A stretch of 64,000 nt of DNA, taken from the NCBI GenBank assembly GCA_022813965.1, contig JALDZS010000026.1, positions 62,001-126,000 of the forward strand, written 5' to 3'. The stretch's first letter is position 1. Each line of letters starts with the position of its first letter. The position numbers were made by a program, and so were the translations under genes. The notes beneath the pieces were generated by a model. That model was given only the letters and a program-made list of their open reading frames with translations, was not told the origin of the DNA and did not search any database. Shown here one piece after another: positions 48,852 to 60,623 of the stretch. The stretch comes from Toensbergia leucococca. Its lineage: Eukaryota.

Positions 48852-49829
48852 GGTGTCAGCAGATAGCATTGGCGGGCTGGCAAGGAAAATGCGGCGGTCG
48901 CTTTTCTTTTCTTGCGCTGTGGGATGTAATGTCACTTTTCCGTCATGAATAAGATATCTAATCAACATAGCATCCAGCTGAGCCAATCATATGACCTTAT
49001 TGGCTGTGGTGGGTCTACCTACATTTCCGCGCTATGACCCATTCATGCTAGCGTTTCATGTCTCACATGTGCAGAGCGAGAGAGTCGGAACACGTTTGCA
49101 AAGGGAATATGACCGGAGACCTCAGTGCTCGTGGGACGAGCTGCTGGAGTCTAGCTTTTCCCACTTCAACAGATATGGTGGGTACTGTTGTATGAAGTGT
49201 GCTATGTGTTTATATGGGAAGGAATATCGGATGCCGAGACCGTGAGATGGAGGGCAACAACTAAAGGGACAGTGGATGATGCCATGATGGACTCAAATTC
49301 CCATGCAAATGAGTCAAGGACTTAGTACGAGTATGGTCTATTGGAGAAGATTGTGTAGAGACAATTGTGGAGACTGGAACTTGTGATAATGAAAATTGCG
49401 AGATCGGAGGAGAATGTAAGTATTAGCATTGTGAAATGTACTTGTAATTGTTTATGCAATGGCCATGGTCTCAAAAAAAATTGAGCTACAGTGATGACTA
49501 CCTCATTTGTGGAGATCGAAGTGGATGCATTGGTTCAGTTTCCGTCCTCTTCAATTACATACCTGGTTTCCCAGAGATCACATCAGGCAGTCAGTGATAT
49601 TTCGAGAAACACGAAAGGGTTGAAGAACAGGATTTTTTAGGCATGGCCTCCAGGAACGATCGCAGACTATGCTAGGCTTCAGACTTCAGGAAGAGAAGGA
49701 GATGCTCAGCACCTGTATAAACAGAAAGGATAGGAATGTGGTGTGTGGTTGGAATAGGTAGTTGGGAGGTTGGTGACTAGCGCGATTGACAATGCCTCGT
49801 TTACGTATTCTGGTTCCTGACTAAAATTA

Positions 49830-50550
49830 GGGTCATAATATCCCTACACCCCATTTCGATAACCCGACACCCCATCTCGATAACCCGACACCCCCCCCCT
49901 ACCATTACCTGATTAGGCATTAGTGTGCCCCGGGCGCGATGTAGCATAGGGAATTATCATGATTTCGCACCACATCTTGCCTCGATTCTCTACCACTTTG
50001 CAAGCCATTTACTTGTTCCATTCGCGTGCCATCTAGAAGCCAGATTACCTAGGAGAAAAATCATGCTTTTGTACCATATCCTGACTCGATTCCCCTCACC
50101 CCCGGGCGCACGATCACCCCCCGGGCGCAAAAACATCGCAATTTTGCGATCTACATCCTAAATGCTGTAAGCAGCCCCCCATCCACCTGAATAGCATGAT
50201 CCTCCACCTCATCAGCCCTCATACCAGTCCCCATACCTCGCCCCCGGCCCCCCCGCCCCCGTAGGGAATCGGGTCAAAATGAGGTAGGAATTTGGGGTGA
50301 AATGAGGTGCGAAACCACAATAATTCCTCAGGTAATCTGGCTTCTAGATGGCACGCGAATGGAACAAGTAAATGGCTTGCAAAGTGGTAGAGAATCGAGG
50401 CAAGATGTGGTGCGAAATCATGATAATTCCCTATGCTACATCGCGCCCGGGGCACACTAATGCCTAATCAGGTAATGGTAGGGGGGGGGTGTCGGGTTAT
50501 CGAGATGGGGTGTCGGGTTATCGAAATGGGGTGTAGGGATATTATGACCC
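49830..50550. mobile_element. Non-autonomous DNA transposon (MITE/foldback type), 721 bp, 221-bp TIRs, 8-bp TSD TAAAATTA
   Basis: 49830-50050 is the reverse complement of 50330-50550 with no mismatch found by eye. Ends are GGGTCATAATATCCC...GGGATATTATGACCC. TAAAATTA flanks both ends (49822-49829 and 50551-50558). No transposase ORF. Confidence 0.93.
49846..49893 (+). repeat. 21-bp subterminal tandem repeat inside the TIR (ACACCCCATYTCGATAACCCG, ~2.3 copies), mirrored at ~50487-50534
   Basis: acaccccatttcgataacccg acaccccatctcgataacccg acacccc read directly from the sequence. Confidence 0.85.
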
Positions 50551-50733
50551 TAAAATTATTTCTTGGTATTATTGTACTGTATTCGAAACCACGCGCTCAC
50601 ATATGCTTTCTCCCCCGTCTGATTTGTCTCTACTGAAGGAAGGGCAGGAATTGAGAGCTGCGCTCCAATCCAGTCTTAACTTGGACCTGTGCAATCGCCA
50701 TAGCTTCGGCGCCGAGTTGCGCCCACGTTGACC

Positions 50734-53700
50734 ATGTCTTTCGCCATCCAAACTCCAGCAAAACCACTCCCTGGCACATATCTTCAGACTCCTGCTGCGA
50801 ACAAACTTCAGTCAGCTACAACAAATCAGTCAAATTTCGCCTCGAACTTCCCGAAATCATCGCAGCAACTCTCTGCACCCATTCCGCTGCAATCCACACA
50901 ATTAGCTACAAGGCCAGCAGATACACTCAATTCCATAGAACGAGCTGCCAAAACCATTAATGAGGTGTTAAATCAGGAAGCAAGGTATCCAGAGCTGGAT
51001 GGTTACATTGGCCGTAGGCTACAGCCAACTCTCTCTCAGGTTTCATCACTGACTATAGCGCAGAAGGCATCTCCTCCGACTATGACATATCATCTCGGCC
51101 AGCATGGGCGCCTTTTCAAAAAATCAAGATGTACGATATACCAGACAAGATATTCGAGCAGTACAATCGCGCCCAAGTGTCTACAATGATGGGCATTTTC
51201 GCAGAGCTGAATCATGCCTGGGTTTCCATCGACAATGCCATGTATCTCTGGGATTACACACATCCGAATCCTGATCTCATAGGCTTTGAGGATCAGTCGA
51301 ATACTATTACAGCGGTGAAGTTGGTGTTTCCTCGGGCTGGGGTTTTTGTACCGTCAATATCCCGACTACTGGTTGTTGCAACTACTGCGGAGATAATACT
51401 CGTTGGCTTGTCTTCACAGATAGCGCCAACTGGAGAGCGACTTGTCAATCTCTATTCGACCCGCTTGTCAATATCGACCAAAGGGATGGATATCAAGGTC
51501 ATCGAGGGATCAGCGGCCACAGGGAGGATCTTCTTCTCCGCGAGAGGCGACAACGACGTATATGAGCTGATCTACCAGCAAGAAGAGAAGTGGTTCCAAA
51601 ATCGATGCGGAAAGATCAATCACACTAGCAAAGGAATATCGGCATTAACGCCAAATTTTGGCTTCGGCCAGAAGGCACCGCAGGAACATGTCACCCAGAT
51701 CACTGTGGATGATACCAGAAAATTGGTCTATACGCTGTCGTCACGATCTACTATCCGAACGTTTGACATGAAACCTAATGGGGGACTCGATCTAGTCATC
51801 TCCAAACCACTTGCGCAAACACTGAATAACATTGGACACATGACTTCTCAATCCGAATTAATCTCCCCCAGTATGTCAATAGTATCCATCAGCGCTGTCT
51901 CGTCCCAAGAAGCATCGAAGATACACCTCATGGCCTCAACTTCGACAGGGTGCCGTGTATTCATGAGTGTAACATCGTCGTATGGTTGGTCTATCACCGA
52001 CTCATCTAAAAGCGCGCCAAGTAGCATGCAAGTACAGCATGTTAAGTTTCCTCCAGCGGAAACTACTACTCAAACAAATCAGCAGCATGGTTCGACGCAG
52101 ATGGTAAACTTTGGGAATAACCAAGGCATCAATACTTCTTCTAAAGCTTTAAGGCCCACTCGGAACGCTCAAAGATTTCCCCCCGGATACTTCTTTTGTT
52201 TCGTCCTTAAAGACCCTCAGGCAGCAACGGACGCACTTTTCATTTCTGCTCCGGATTCAGGACGGATTTCGCGGCCTCAGGATGGATCGCGGTTATCAAA
52301 ATACTCTGAGCTGGGTCTATGGCTCAACCTTGGAGGCCGGATCGAAGATATTGGCCTTGCATCGCCTCCTTTCGTTGGGGTCTGCACTTGGTCCTCCCCT
52401 GCAGGATTCGGTAATGAGCTTGCAGTACAATTTGATAAGCCAGCATCCGAAATAGCCGTCTTGACCAATACTGGGATTCACACCCTCCGACGAAGGAGAC
52501 TTGTAGACATTTTTGCAGCTGCAATCAGGCTCGGTGGAGGGGATGGTGGCCTTGAGGGGGAGGTCAAAAAATTCAGTAGTCGATACGGTCGTGGAGAAAC
52601 AGCGGCAACAGCATTGGCAGTAGCCTGTGGGCAGGGTGTGGATGTTGCCTCGGACTCCCGGGTGGCTAACATCACCGATCCAGAAGTCCTCGAGTATGCC
52701 CGGAAAGCTTTCATTGAGTTTGGTGGCAAGCCTGTTTTCAGCGAGAGCTCAGTCATCGACGCATCTGTCACAGCAATTGATATGGTGCGTCTTTCTTCTA
52801 GACACGAAGGACTGTCACTGTATGTCTCGAGATTGGTTCGCTCGATTTGGAAAGCTCCACTAGCACAGGAGAGACTCTCGCCGACAGGGGGTCTTGCAGT
52901 GTTTCCTACTGTGGACCTAATAAAGATCCAGGAGATTCAAAAATATCTGTCAAAGCTCCAAGATTTCTTGGTCACTAATAAGAGCTTCATCGCGGGCTTG
53001 GCAGGGCCTGAAGCACTTGGACGAGTATCAACGAAACTAGAGGAAATTGCTCTTCAAGCGGAGCACCGAGCGTTACATTCGCTAGTTGTCTTGATATCGA
53101 ACATCATTGAAGGCATCTCATTTGTGCTGGTCCTCTTCGATGAGCGCATAGAGGAGATCGTCCTTTCCCTTCCAAACGAGATAAGACAACAATTTAGAGA
53201 TCTGACGTTTGAGGGTCTTTTCAGCACGAGCGGTGGGAAACAACTAGCAAAAGAGCTTGTCAAAGCCATCGTAAATCGGAACATTGCTAATGGATCAAAT
53301 GTTGACACTGTTGCGGAGGCGCTGCGGAGGCGCTGCGGTAGTTTCTGTAGTTCTGACGATGTCGTTATCTTCAAAGCTCAAGAGCAGCTTCAGAAAGCAT
53401 CCGAGGCTGGCAGCGGTTCAGAGTTCGGACGCAATCTCCTCAATGAAAGTCTCAGGCTATTCAAGCAGGTGGCTGCAAACCTATCGATGGAGCAACTGCA
53501 GTGGGCGGTACAACAATACTTGACGATGAAATTTTTTGCTGGAGCGATTCAGTTAGCTTTGAATGTGGCCCAAGAAGCAGATCGGGGTAACAGAGCCTTG
53601 ACTTGGATACAAGAGGGTCGGCCAGAACAGGTTTGTGTGCGAAAGTTTCTTTGCAGAAACGTGCTGACTTGTACAGGACGCTCGATCCTCGATATTTGGA

Positions 53701-54970
53701 GCTCGTAAAAAGTGCTACGACTTAATCCATCAGGTCATACTGTCGCTAGAACAGACATCCACCCAAGCACCTGACACGGTAGAGGGAGAATACACATTGT
53801 CAGCCAAGCGAAGAACAGAGGCTTATGATGTCATCGATACATCTGAGGACGAAGTCTTCCAGACGGATTTGTACGACTGGTATCTAATTCAGGGTCGGGC
53901 AGAGCGTTTACTTGAGATTCAGTCTCCATACATCGTGACTTATTTGCAGCGCAAATCTTCTGACGATATAGCCCATGCTGATCTGCTCTGGAAGTACTTT
54001 AGCCAAGCAGAGCGCTACCACGATGCTGCAGCTGTACAAGTAGCTCTCGCCAAGAGCGCTTTTGCCCTGTCACTGGATCGACGAATAGAGTATTTGAGCA
54101 GGGCAAAGGCAAATGCATCAACATATACAGCTGGCATTGCGCGATCGTCACGCCAAGAACTTCGTCATGAAGTCTCTGATCTGCTGGACTTGGCTAACAT
54201 CCAGGACGATCTCTTGCAAAGACTGAAAGGTGATGTACGTATTTCGCCCGATCGGAAAGGGGATATCGTGAAAGAACTTGACGGTCCTGTCTTGGGTCTT
54301 ACCGAGGTGAGATGCGCCACCATTCCGAGAACTTTTCACCAATGCTGATACGACGTTCAAGCTGTACAATAATTATGCAGATCAAGCCAGCTACTTTGAT
54401 ATCTGCATATTAATCTATCAAGCAGCGGATCACCGGAATCCAGCAGATATCAGAGCCACGTGGCAAAACCTACTAGACCGTACACACGAGGAAACTCTTG
54501 AACGTGGCGAGACGCAACCTTACGAAGCAGTCGTTGAAAAGATGCGAAGTCTCGGCAATCGTCTGAATCTTTCCGAGACCATGTTTCCAATGCCTGATAT
54601 CATTCCTCTTCTTAAAAAGTACGAGTTCGAGTATCAAAATGGCGTCGGGCCACCAACATGGGTTATCGACACCCTGCTCGACCTGCAGGTTCCCTTTGAG
54701 TCGATATTGCCGGTACTTGAGACAATGTTTTATAATGACGAGGCACCATTCCAGGGCCCTAATAGGCGCTACATCGCTAACGACATGCTCTACGTAATCC
54801 AACGATGGTTCCACGATAGCAATCGTGGAAATGGGGGGATTTTTGGGGGTGATGGCAATGCGGCGGCGATATCGCAGACACTGCAAATGCTACAACAAAA
54901 TGGATTGGACGAGGAAAAGATAGAAGAATGCCAGGTACTGAGATTAAGAATTGAGCATACATTAAGATGA
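50734..54970 (+). CDS. NUP170: Nucleoporin Nup170/Nup157 (Nup155 family)
   Basis: TPAKPLPG start, YPELDGY, EQYNRAQVSTMMGIFAELNHAWVSIDN, GFGNELAVQF, YGRGETAATALAVACG, LRRRCGSFCSSDDVVIFKAQEQL and RIEYLSRAKANAS. Introns ~51014-51063, 53631-53677 and 54307-54361. Confidence 0.95.
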
Positions 54971-55417
54971 TGGATTGTTTCCGGCGTTTATGATATCCCC
55001 AAGACATTAAGTAGGCGTTTTTTTGGATTCTTGCGACGGATCACGGACTGGAAAGGGGGTAGAGACTTTTGAGCATTTCAGCGAGGCACGCCTTCAACTG
55101 AGCGACGTTGGGTTTCGACTTATCTATGTGCTATATCCAACAATGATTTTTGAATTTGGCGATGACATTTGGATAGAGTAGGCTTGAATGCTACTCCGTA
55201 AGGTACCTCCAGGTACTTGTAACGTACCACGTACCAGCTTCTCCATTTGATACGATCGAAGTAAACCAACGTCATTACCGTATTATTCACACCAATAGGC
55301 TTCTTTGCTCTCTGCTAACAGACAGTAGGTAGGCGTGCTCTACTCAACCCACTCATGAAGAATTTGAAGTGACTAGCAGCGTTTACACTCTCACCAGTCA
55401 ATGTCCATCGAAGCATC

Positions 55418-56132
55418 ATGGTTAAGGAGACGAACACGAAGTCTTCCGTTTCTAAAGACAAGGCCCAGAAAAAGTCCATCTGGAGTCGCAAGCGGGACCT
55501 TGTGTACCTGACCTTCTTCCTCATCCATATTCCGGTGATGTTCCGTAAGCCTTTGTCTCAACATCTGTTACAGCCTATGAGCCTGTGTAACATCGCCGAG
55601 CTGATGTCGCAAACAAGTTGTCGATCTAACGCCCATGTACCCGGACTCGATCAGACCGCAATTCTTGACAGACCTCAGAAATTGGTATATCGAAACATAT
55701 AACGATCGGCTTTTCTCGAATCCCCCTGCGTGGTTCAATGTGTACTTGTTGATGGAAGCTTTGTATCATTTACCTTTGAGTCTATGGGCCATCCGTGCTT
55801 TGTTGCGTAGTATGTATGCTCAAAGATGCCATTGATATCTTGTGGTGTTTATTCACATGTCCGAAAATCTAGGTGATCCACTTGTCCCAGTGCACCTAAT
55901 TATTTATGCGGTTCAGACCATTATTACAACCACGACATGTATCGCTGAGTACCTCTCGTGGCCTATCTCTGATAGTGAAAAGCTCTCACTTGGACAGCTC
56001 TACGTGCCGTACTTGGCCCTGTGTGAGTTCAGCAGATGCTATGACGTCTCAACACTACTAACGCTGATGCTGCTAGCGGTCTTCATGGGTGTGGACATGT
56101 TTGGTCGCCTTCAGGATCGTCTAGCTGCCTAG
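55418..56132 (+). CDS. EXPERA-domain ER membrane protein (TMEM97/sigma-2 receptor/Ema19-like)
   Basis: RKRDLVYLTFFLIHIPVMF|LVDLTPMYP...WYIETYNDRLF...PPAWF...EALYHLPLSLWAI...YAVQT...TCIAE...LYVPYLAL...MGVDMF over four exons. Confidence 0.82.
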
Positions 56133-56762
56133 TGCTGAGCATATCATGTGTCAAATACGACAATATCCCAGGCTATGTATTTGGTAAGCCTTCTGGCTCT
56201 GGGTTTCGTGGAGAAAGGGTGTTCGAATCATCTTGCGGGAAGAAACTACGTAAGTGCTTGAGTGTGGACATTTCCTGTTGCCTGTTGGCAATCTCGCATT
56301 TTCGAATCTCTTCACGCTGGACATATGATCAATAGTAATGAGGTACCTTTCTGCCAGCAGTTTCGAAGGTACGGATACTTAGGGCTCGTTCCTTATCTGT
56401 CAGGAATCGAGAGAGGGCGCTTGGGTGCTGCAGAGGTTGCTATGAGACTCTGAAAGGCATTGTACAACACGTCTCGGTCAATGAACCGTACCCTCCCCTT
56501 CAATTTATCGAGATGGTGACTAGAGTGATTGACTTTTCTGTTATTACCGCATGAGCACATACATACATAGAGTCAGGGCGAATTCCTTTGCGTGCAACAG
56601 TCGCCTAATCAATTGTGTTCGCTACAATTGACAAAAAGATTCCCATGCGTAGTCCAGCACAGTTCATTTGGCTCTTGAGCTGATTCACCTTTGCAATACA
56701 GGTGTCTCCAAAGCTTGAAATACATTCACACCTCATAATCCCTCATCCTAGAAACTGCTGCC

Positions 56763-57215
56763 TCATATTACATAAGAGTCCCATTGAGCCAACATCCATA
56801 TTAGATTTGTTCCAGCCACAGCCAAAGTCGACACAAGCGGCAATCCCCATATCATTGTCTTGAAAATCAGCCACTCTGCCATAAAATGTCCGATCCCAAC
56901 AGCGTATGTCAACAAGCATAATTGATACCAGGCTGGGTCTGATATGTGATATGCGGCAAATACGCGGATAATGGCTGCGAGTATTGTCCAAGTTCCGAAA
57001 GTGCGCGCTGAGAGGGGCGTTACGGATGAGTTGGGGCCAGAGTACATGCGCCTAGTCAAGTGGAGACTGCTGTACGCTTGAATACTGTTGAAAACGGCGA
57101 AGGCTGAGGTCTGTGATGTGGTCAGTACTTGTTTAAACATGGGGAAAAGGGGAATGCCCACAAGAAGGAGGCTGCTGGGAAGGAGACCATCGTAAGTCGG
57201 GAGGTAATTGGTCAT
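56763..57215 (-). CDS. ERG28: Ergosterol biosynthesis scaffold protein Erg28
   Basis: GLLP, NSIQAY, VTPLSARTFGTWT, IRVFAAYHI and HFMAEWLIFKT are Erg28 signatures. 51-nt intron at 57111-57161. Confidence 0.92.
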   Translation of the reverse strand: MTNYLPTYDGLLPSSLLLVGIPLFPMFKQVLTTSQTSAFAVFNSIQAYSSLHLTRRMYSGPNSSVTPLSARTFGTWTILAAIIRVFAAYHISDPAWYQLCLLTYAVGIGHFMAEWLIFKTMIWGLPLVSTLAVAGTNLIWMLAQWDSYVI

Positions 57216-57546
57216 TTATGCGGAGTGAGAGGGAGAAGAGAGGGTATGAGAGCTCTCAAGATAAAGGAAAGAATTGTGTCCAGGGCAAGAAATTATGTTT
57301 GGTATCAAGAATACGCTATTGAGCAGTATTGAAACCGGCAGCTAAATTGCGGCCCGAAAACCCCTGTCGAGCACGTTTCACAGGGCTCGCAGGGCAAGAT
57401 CTATGTAACCTCCCCCCACGCACTCTCGACCAAGTGTGGGAACAATTCAGAACCAAGTCTTTGCAAGGCTGCTCCTCCGACGCGACACCCACGTTGAAAT
57501 TCAGTTGCAGCTAATGCACGGTCCCTTCAACATCATCCGCTCAAAG

Positions 57547-58622
57547 ATGCCCGAACATCTAGATATGAGCATGGGCTCAGATCAAAACCTTCTCGTCGTC
57601 TTCCTCGTCAGCTTTGCCCTAATCGGTCTCACCTTCGTTACTGCAAAAGCATTTAGCTTCTTGCGGATGCTCTTGAGCCTGTTCGTATTACCAGGCATAT
57701 CCGTGAGTCTTTTGGCCCTCCCAAAACATACTCTAAGATCCCGAATCTGAACTCCCCAACCTAGCTCCGCACCTTCGGCCCCAAAGGCAGCTGGGCACTT
57801 GTGACCGGCGCCTCCGATGGCATCGGCAAAGAATACGCCATTCAGCTTGCTAGACAGGGCTTCAACATACTCCTCGTTTCCCGCACCGCCTCCAAACTCA
57901 AGACCCTCAGCCAAGAAATCACCTCCAAAACCTCCCAGACCAAAATCCTAGCCATGGACTTCGCCGCCAATCGAGATTCCGACTATGCCAGCTTAAAGGC
58001 TCTGATTGACAGCCTGGACATTGCCATCTTGATCAACAACGTTGGCCAAAGCCATGACATCCCCGTGCCTTTTGCCCAGACCCCCCCGGACGAGATGAGA
58101 GACATCATCACTGTCAACTGCACGGGCACCCTGCGCGTCACACAGCTCGTCGCGCCGGGCATGATTCAGCGAAAGCGCGGCCTCATCCTCACTATGGGTT
58201 CTTTCGCCGGGCTGCTCCCAACCCCCCTCCTAGGCACTTACTCGGGTAGCAAAGCCTTCCTGCAAACCTGGTCCACAGCCCTTGGCTCTGAGCTGAAGCC
58301 GCAGGGCGTAACGGTCGAGCTGGTCCAAAGCTACCTAGTCACCTCGTCCATGTCCAAGATCCGACGGCCCAGTATGATGATCCCCACCCCGAAAGGCTTT
58401 GCCAAGGCCGTGCTGAGTAAAATTGGGAGAACGGGGGGAGCGCAAGGAAGGGCGTTCACGAGCACGCCGTATTGGAGTCATGCGGTTTTGGAATGGGCCG
58501 CGACGAATTTTGCTGGGTTGATGAACGATTTTACGGTGGGGCAGAACAGGGGGATGCATGTAGGGATAAGGAAAAGAGCCTTGAAGAAGCGGGAGAGGGA
58601 TGCGGGGAAGAAGGCTTCGTAG
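57547..58622 (+). CDS. IFA38: Very-long-chain 3-oxoacyl-CoA reductase (fatty acid elongation)
   Basis: N-terminal TM exon and intron 57703-57764, then [59 protein letters not shown] and C-terminal IRKRALKK. The start could be one Met earlier or later. Confidence 0.93.
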
Positions 58623-59162
58623 ATGGGGGGTTTCGGGGTAATTTGGATGAATCCAAGGTACTACATATAGAAAAGGGGATACCGAGGTACTTCCGGACGG
58701 AACATGAAGTTCATCAGCGCCTCTAGCAGCTCACATCAATCTCGGGGCAGACTTCAATGATATTTTGACAGATTGTCCAACTTATGACCTCGCTCGATGG
58801 AACTATCAAACGGTGACTGCCCATTGTTTCGCCACAGGGTGGTTAGGGTCCGGGTCCGAGCTAATGTCAGCGTTGATGCTTGAATCTGCTCTCAACGACA
58901 TACTGGCCAACGACGGACGACCATCTTCTCAAATTGTATGCAAGGTTCCAACGATCTGCCTGGTTGGCAGAAAAATTTTCAGATGCAAGGAATGGACCAG
59001 AAATCTCTCGTGGTGGAGAGGGTGATTTTGCAAATTCAGTTTCACATTCTTAGTCGTCGAGTCCATAGCACATCCAGGGTATAACGTAACATCAACCAAA
59101 CACCCAGCCTTTCCATAGTTTGTCAACGGACCATCTTACGCCTCCATACCAATCGTATCCCT

Positions 59163-60623
59163 TCACTTTTTCTCTCGGTATTTCATGCCGCCCCTGCCCT
59201 TGAATTTTACCTCCGCACCACTATCCGCGCTTCCGCCGTTGCCTCCCGACCTTCCCTCCCCGAGTGCAACTCCTCTAGACTCTCTCTTCCTACCAGAGCC
59301 TTCGATACTCCACTTCACAATATGGGGTTCTCCCTCATCCTTAATTACACCTTCCCATCTCTCTCTTCCTCCTTCCCTCTCCGCCTCTTCACGCTGGATC
59401 ATCTCCTCGTCATCCCTGAATTCACCCTGGACATATTTTCTCATTCGCCTTTGTGGCTGCGAATGATCATGAGACCTAGAACGGCTACGTCGCCGTCTGA
59501 TGTGTGGAGAGGACGACATAACGCGGGACCGGGAGCGTGAGAGTGGGGGCGATCGCTTTCGGCGATGGTGGCGGGATATTGGGGAGCGAGAAGGCTTTTG
59601 CTTTGCTTTGATGGGGCGAGGAGACGGCGAGCGTGTAAGTGTACGGCCACGGCGGGTTTCGTCGATCATGACGTCGCTTCTACGACGAGATGGGCTGGAA
59701 ATGGTCGGCGGTGGGGGCGGGGACCGCAAGGATTTGGGATGCTTGCGTCGGCGGCGAGTAGAGTGTGCTGAGGACGAAGACCTAGAACGAGAGCGACCAG
59801 TTGATCGAGATTGTTTCGGGCGTTTGCGACCTCTAGAGGAATCGGCCTTGTGTTGACCTGGGAATTTTTGAATGGTTGATATTGGTAGACGCTCTTGACG
59901 ACGCTGTAGCTCTCCGCAATTCAAGATTAGAAGTTCCTGTAATGGTCTATCCTGACTGTCGACGGCAACTTTAGCCATCCGAGCATACACATCTTTGCCT
60001 GAAACAACCTGTCCGAATACGGTGTGCTTTGCATTCAGGTGCTCGCATGGTGCTAAAGTAATAAAAAACCTACCTCACCGACCATCAGCGCTTTGTCCTT
60101 CTCCTATACCGTTCACTTCCTGCTGTTTCTAGCATAATATCGACTCACTGGCTACTGTTCGTATTCTTCCCCCTGTTCGCCATGCACAGCAATCCCTCGA
60201 TGTCAATATGCCTCCATCCAAGGTTCTCATCCTCAAATTCTCCGCCATATATGCTGGCCCCACCTGTGCCATCTCCGGCTGTAATGTCTCCACCCTGGAT
60301 CATGAAATCATCGATGACGCGGTGGAAGTGCGAAAACTTGAACGTCATGGGTTTCGTATTGGAAGATGCAGAAAAGGAAGAAATACATAATGCCCGAAAG
60401 CTAATTTCATGAAGGTCAGAAGCGTCGTCACCAGAAAATGGTTCCGTGGCTCAAGAGCGAAAAGCTCGGGGCTCAGAGCAAAAGGGTCGGGGTCCAGAGC
60501 TTACTTCTCACATGATCTTGGGGCTTTGTCAGTAAAGAGCTCGAAAACAATGCTCCCTAGAAAATTCGGACCGGACTGGACGTCCAGAAACACCCTTGGA
60601 CGGATGATGAGGTCGAGCATCAT
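59163..60623 (-). CDS. Cyclophilin-type peptidyl-prolyl isomerase with C-terminal RS-rich domain (PPIG-like)
   Basis: RPRVFLDV...[70 protein letters not shown], then an Arg/Ser-rich tail ending in [13 protein letters not shown]. Confidence 0.9.

Noticed and set aside
49846..49893. CRISPR-like direct repeats
   Set aside because: Tandem units without unique spacers, inside a transposon TIR in a eukaryotic genome, with no cas genes.
49925..50455. Two 78-aa ORFs with identical N-termini (MPRARCSIGN...) on opposite strands
   Set aside because: They are mirror products of the element's inverted repeats, have GTG starts, and show no recognisable protein similarity.
60445..60500. Three degenerate ~20-bp repeats (GGGGCTCAGAGCAAAAG-like)
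   Set aside because: A small intronic minisatellite in the cyclophilin gene with no evidence of function.
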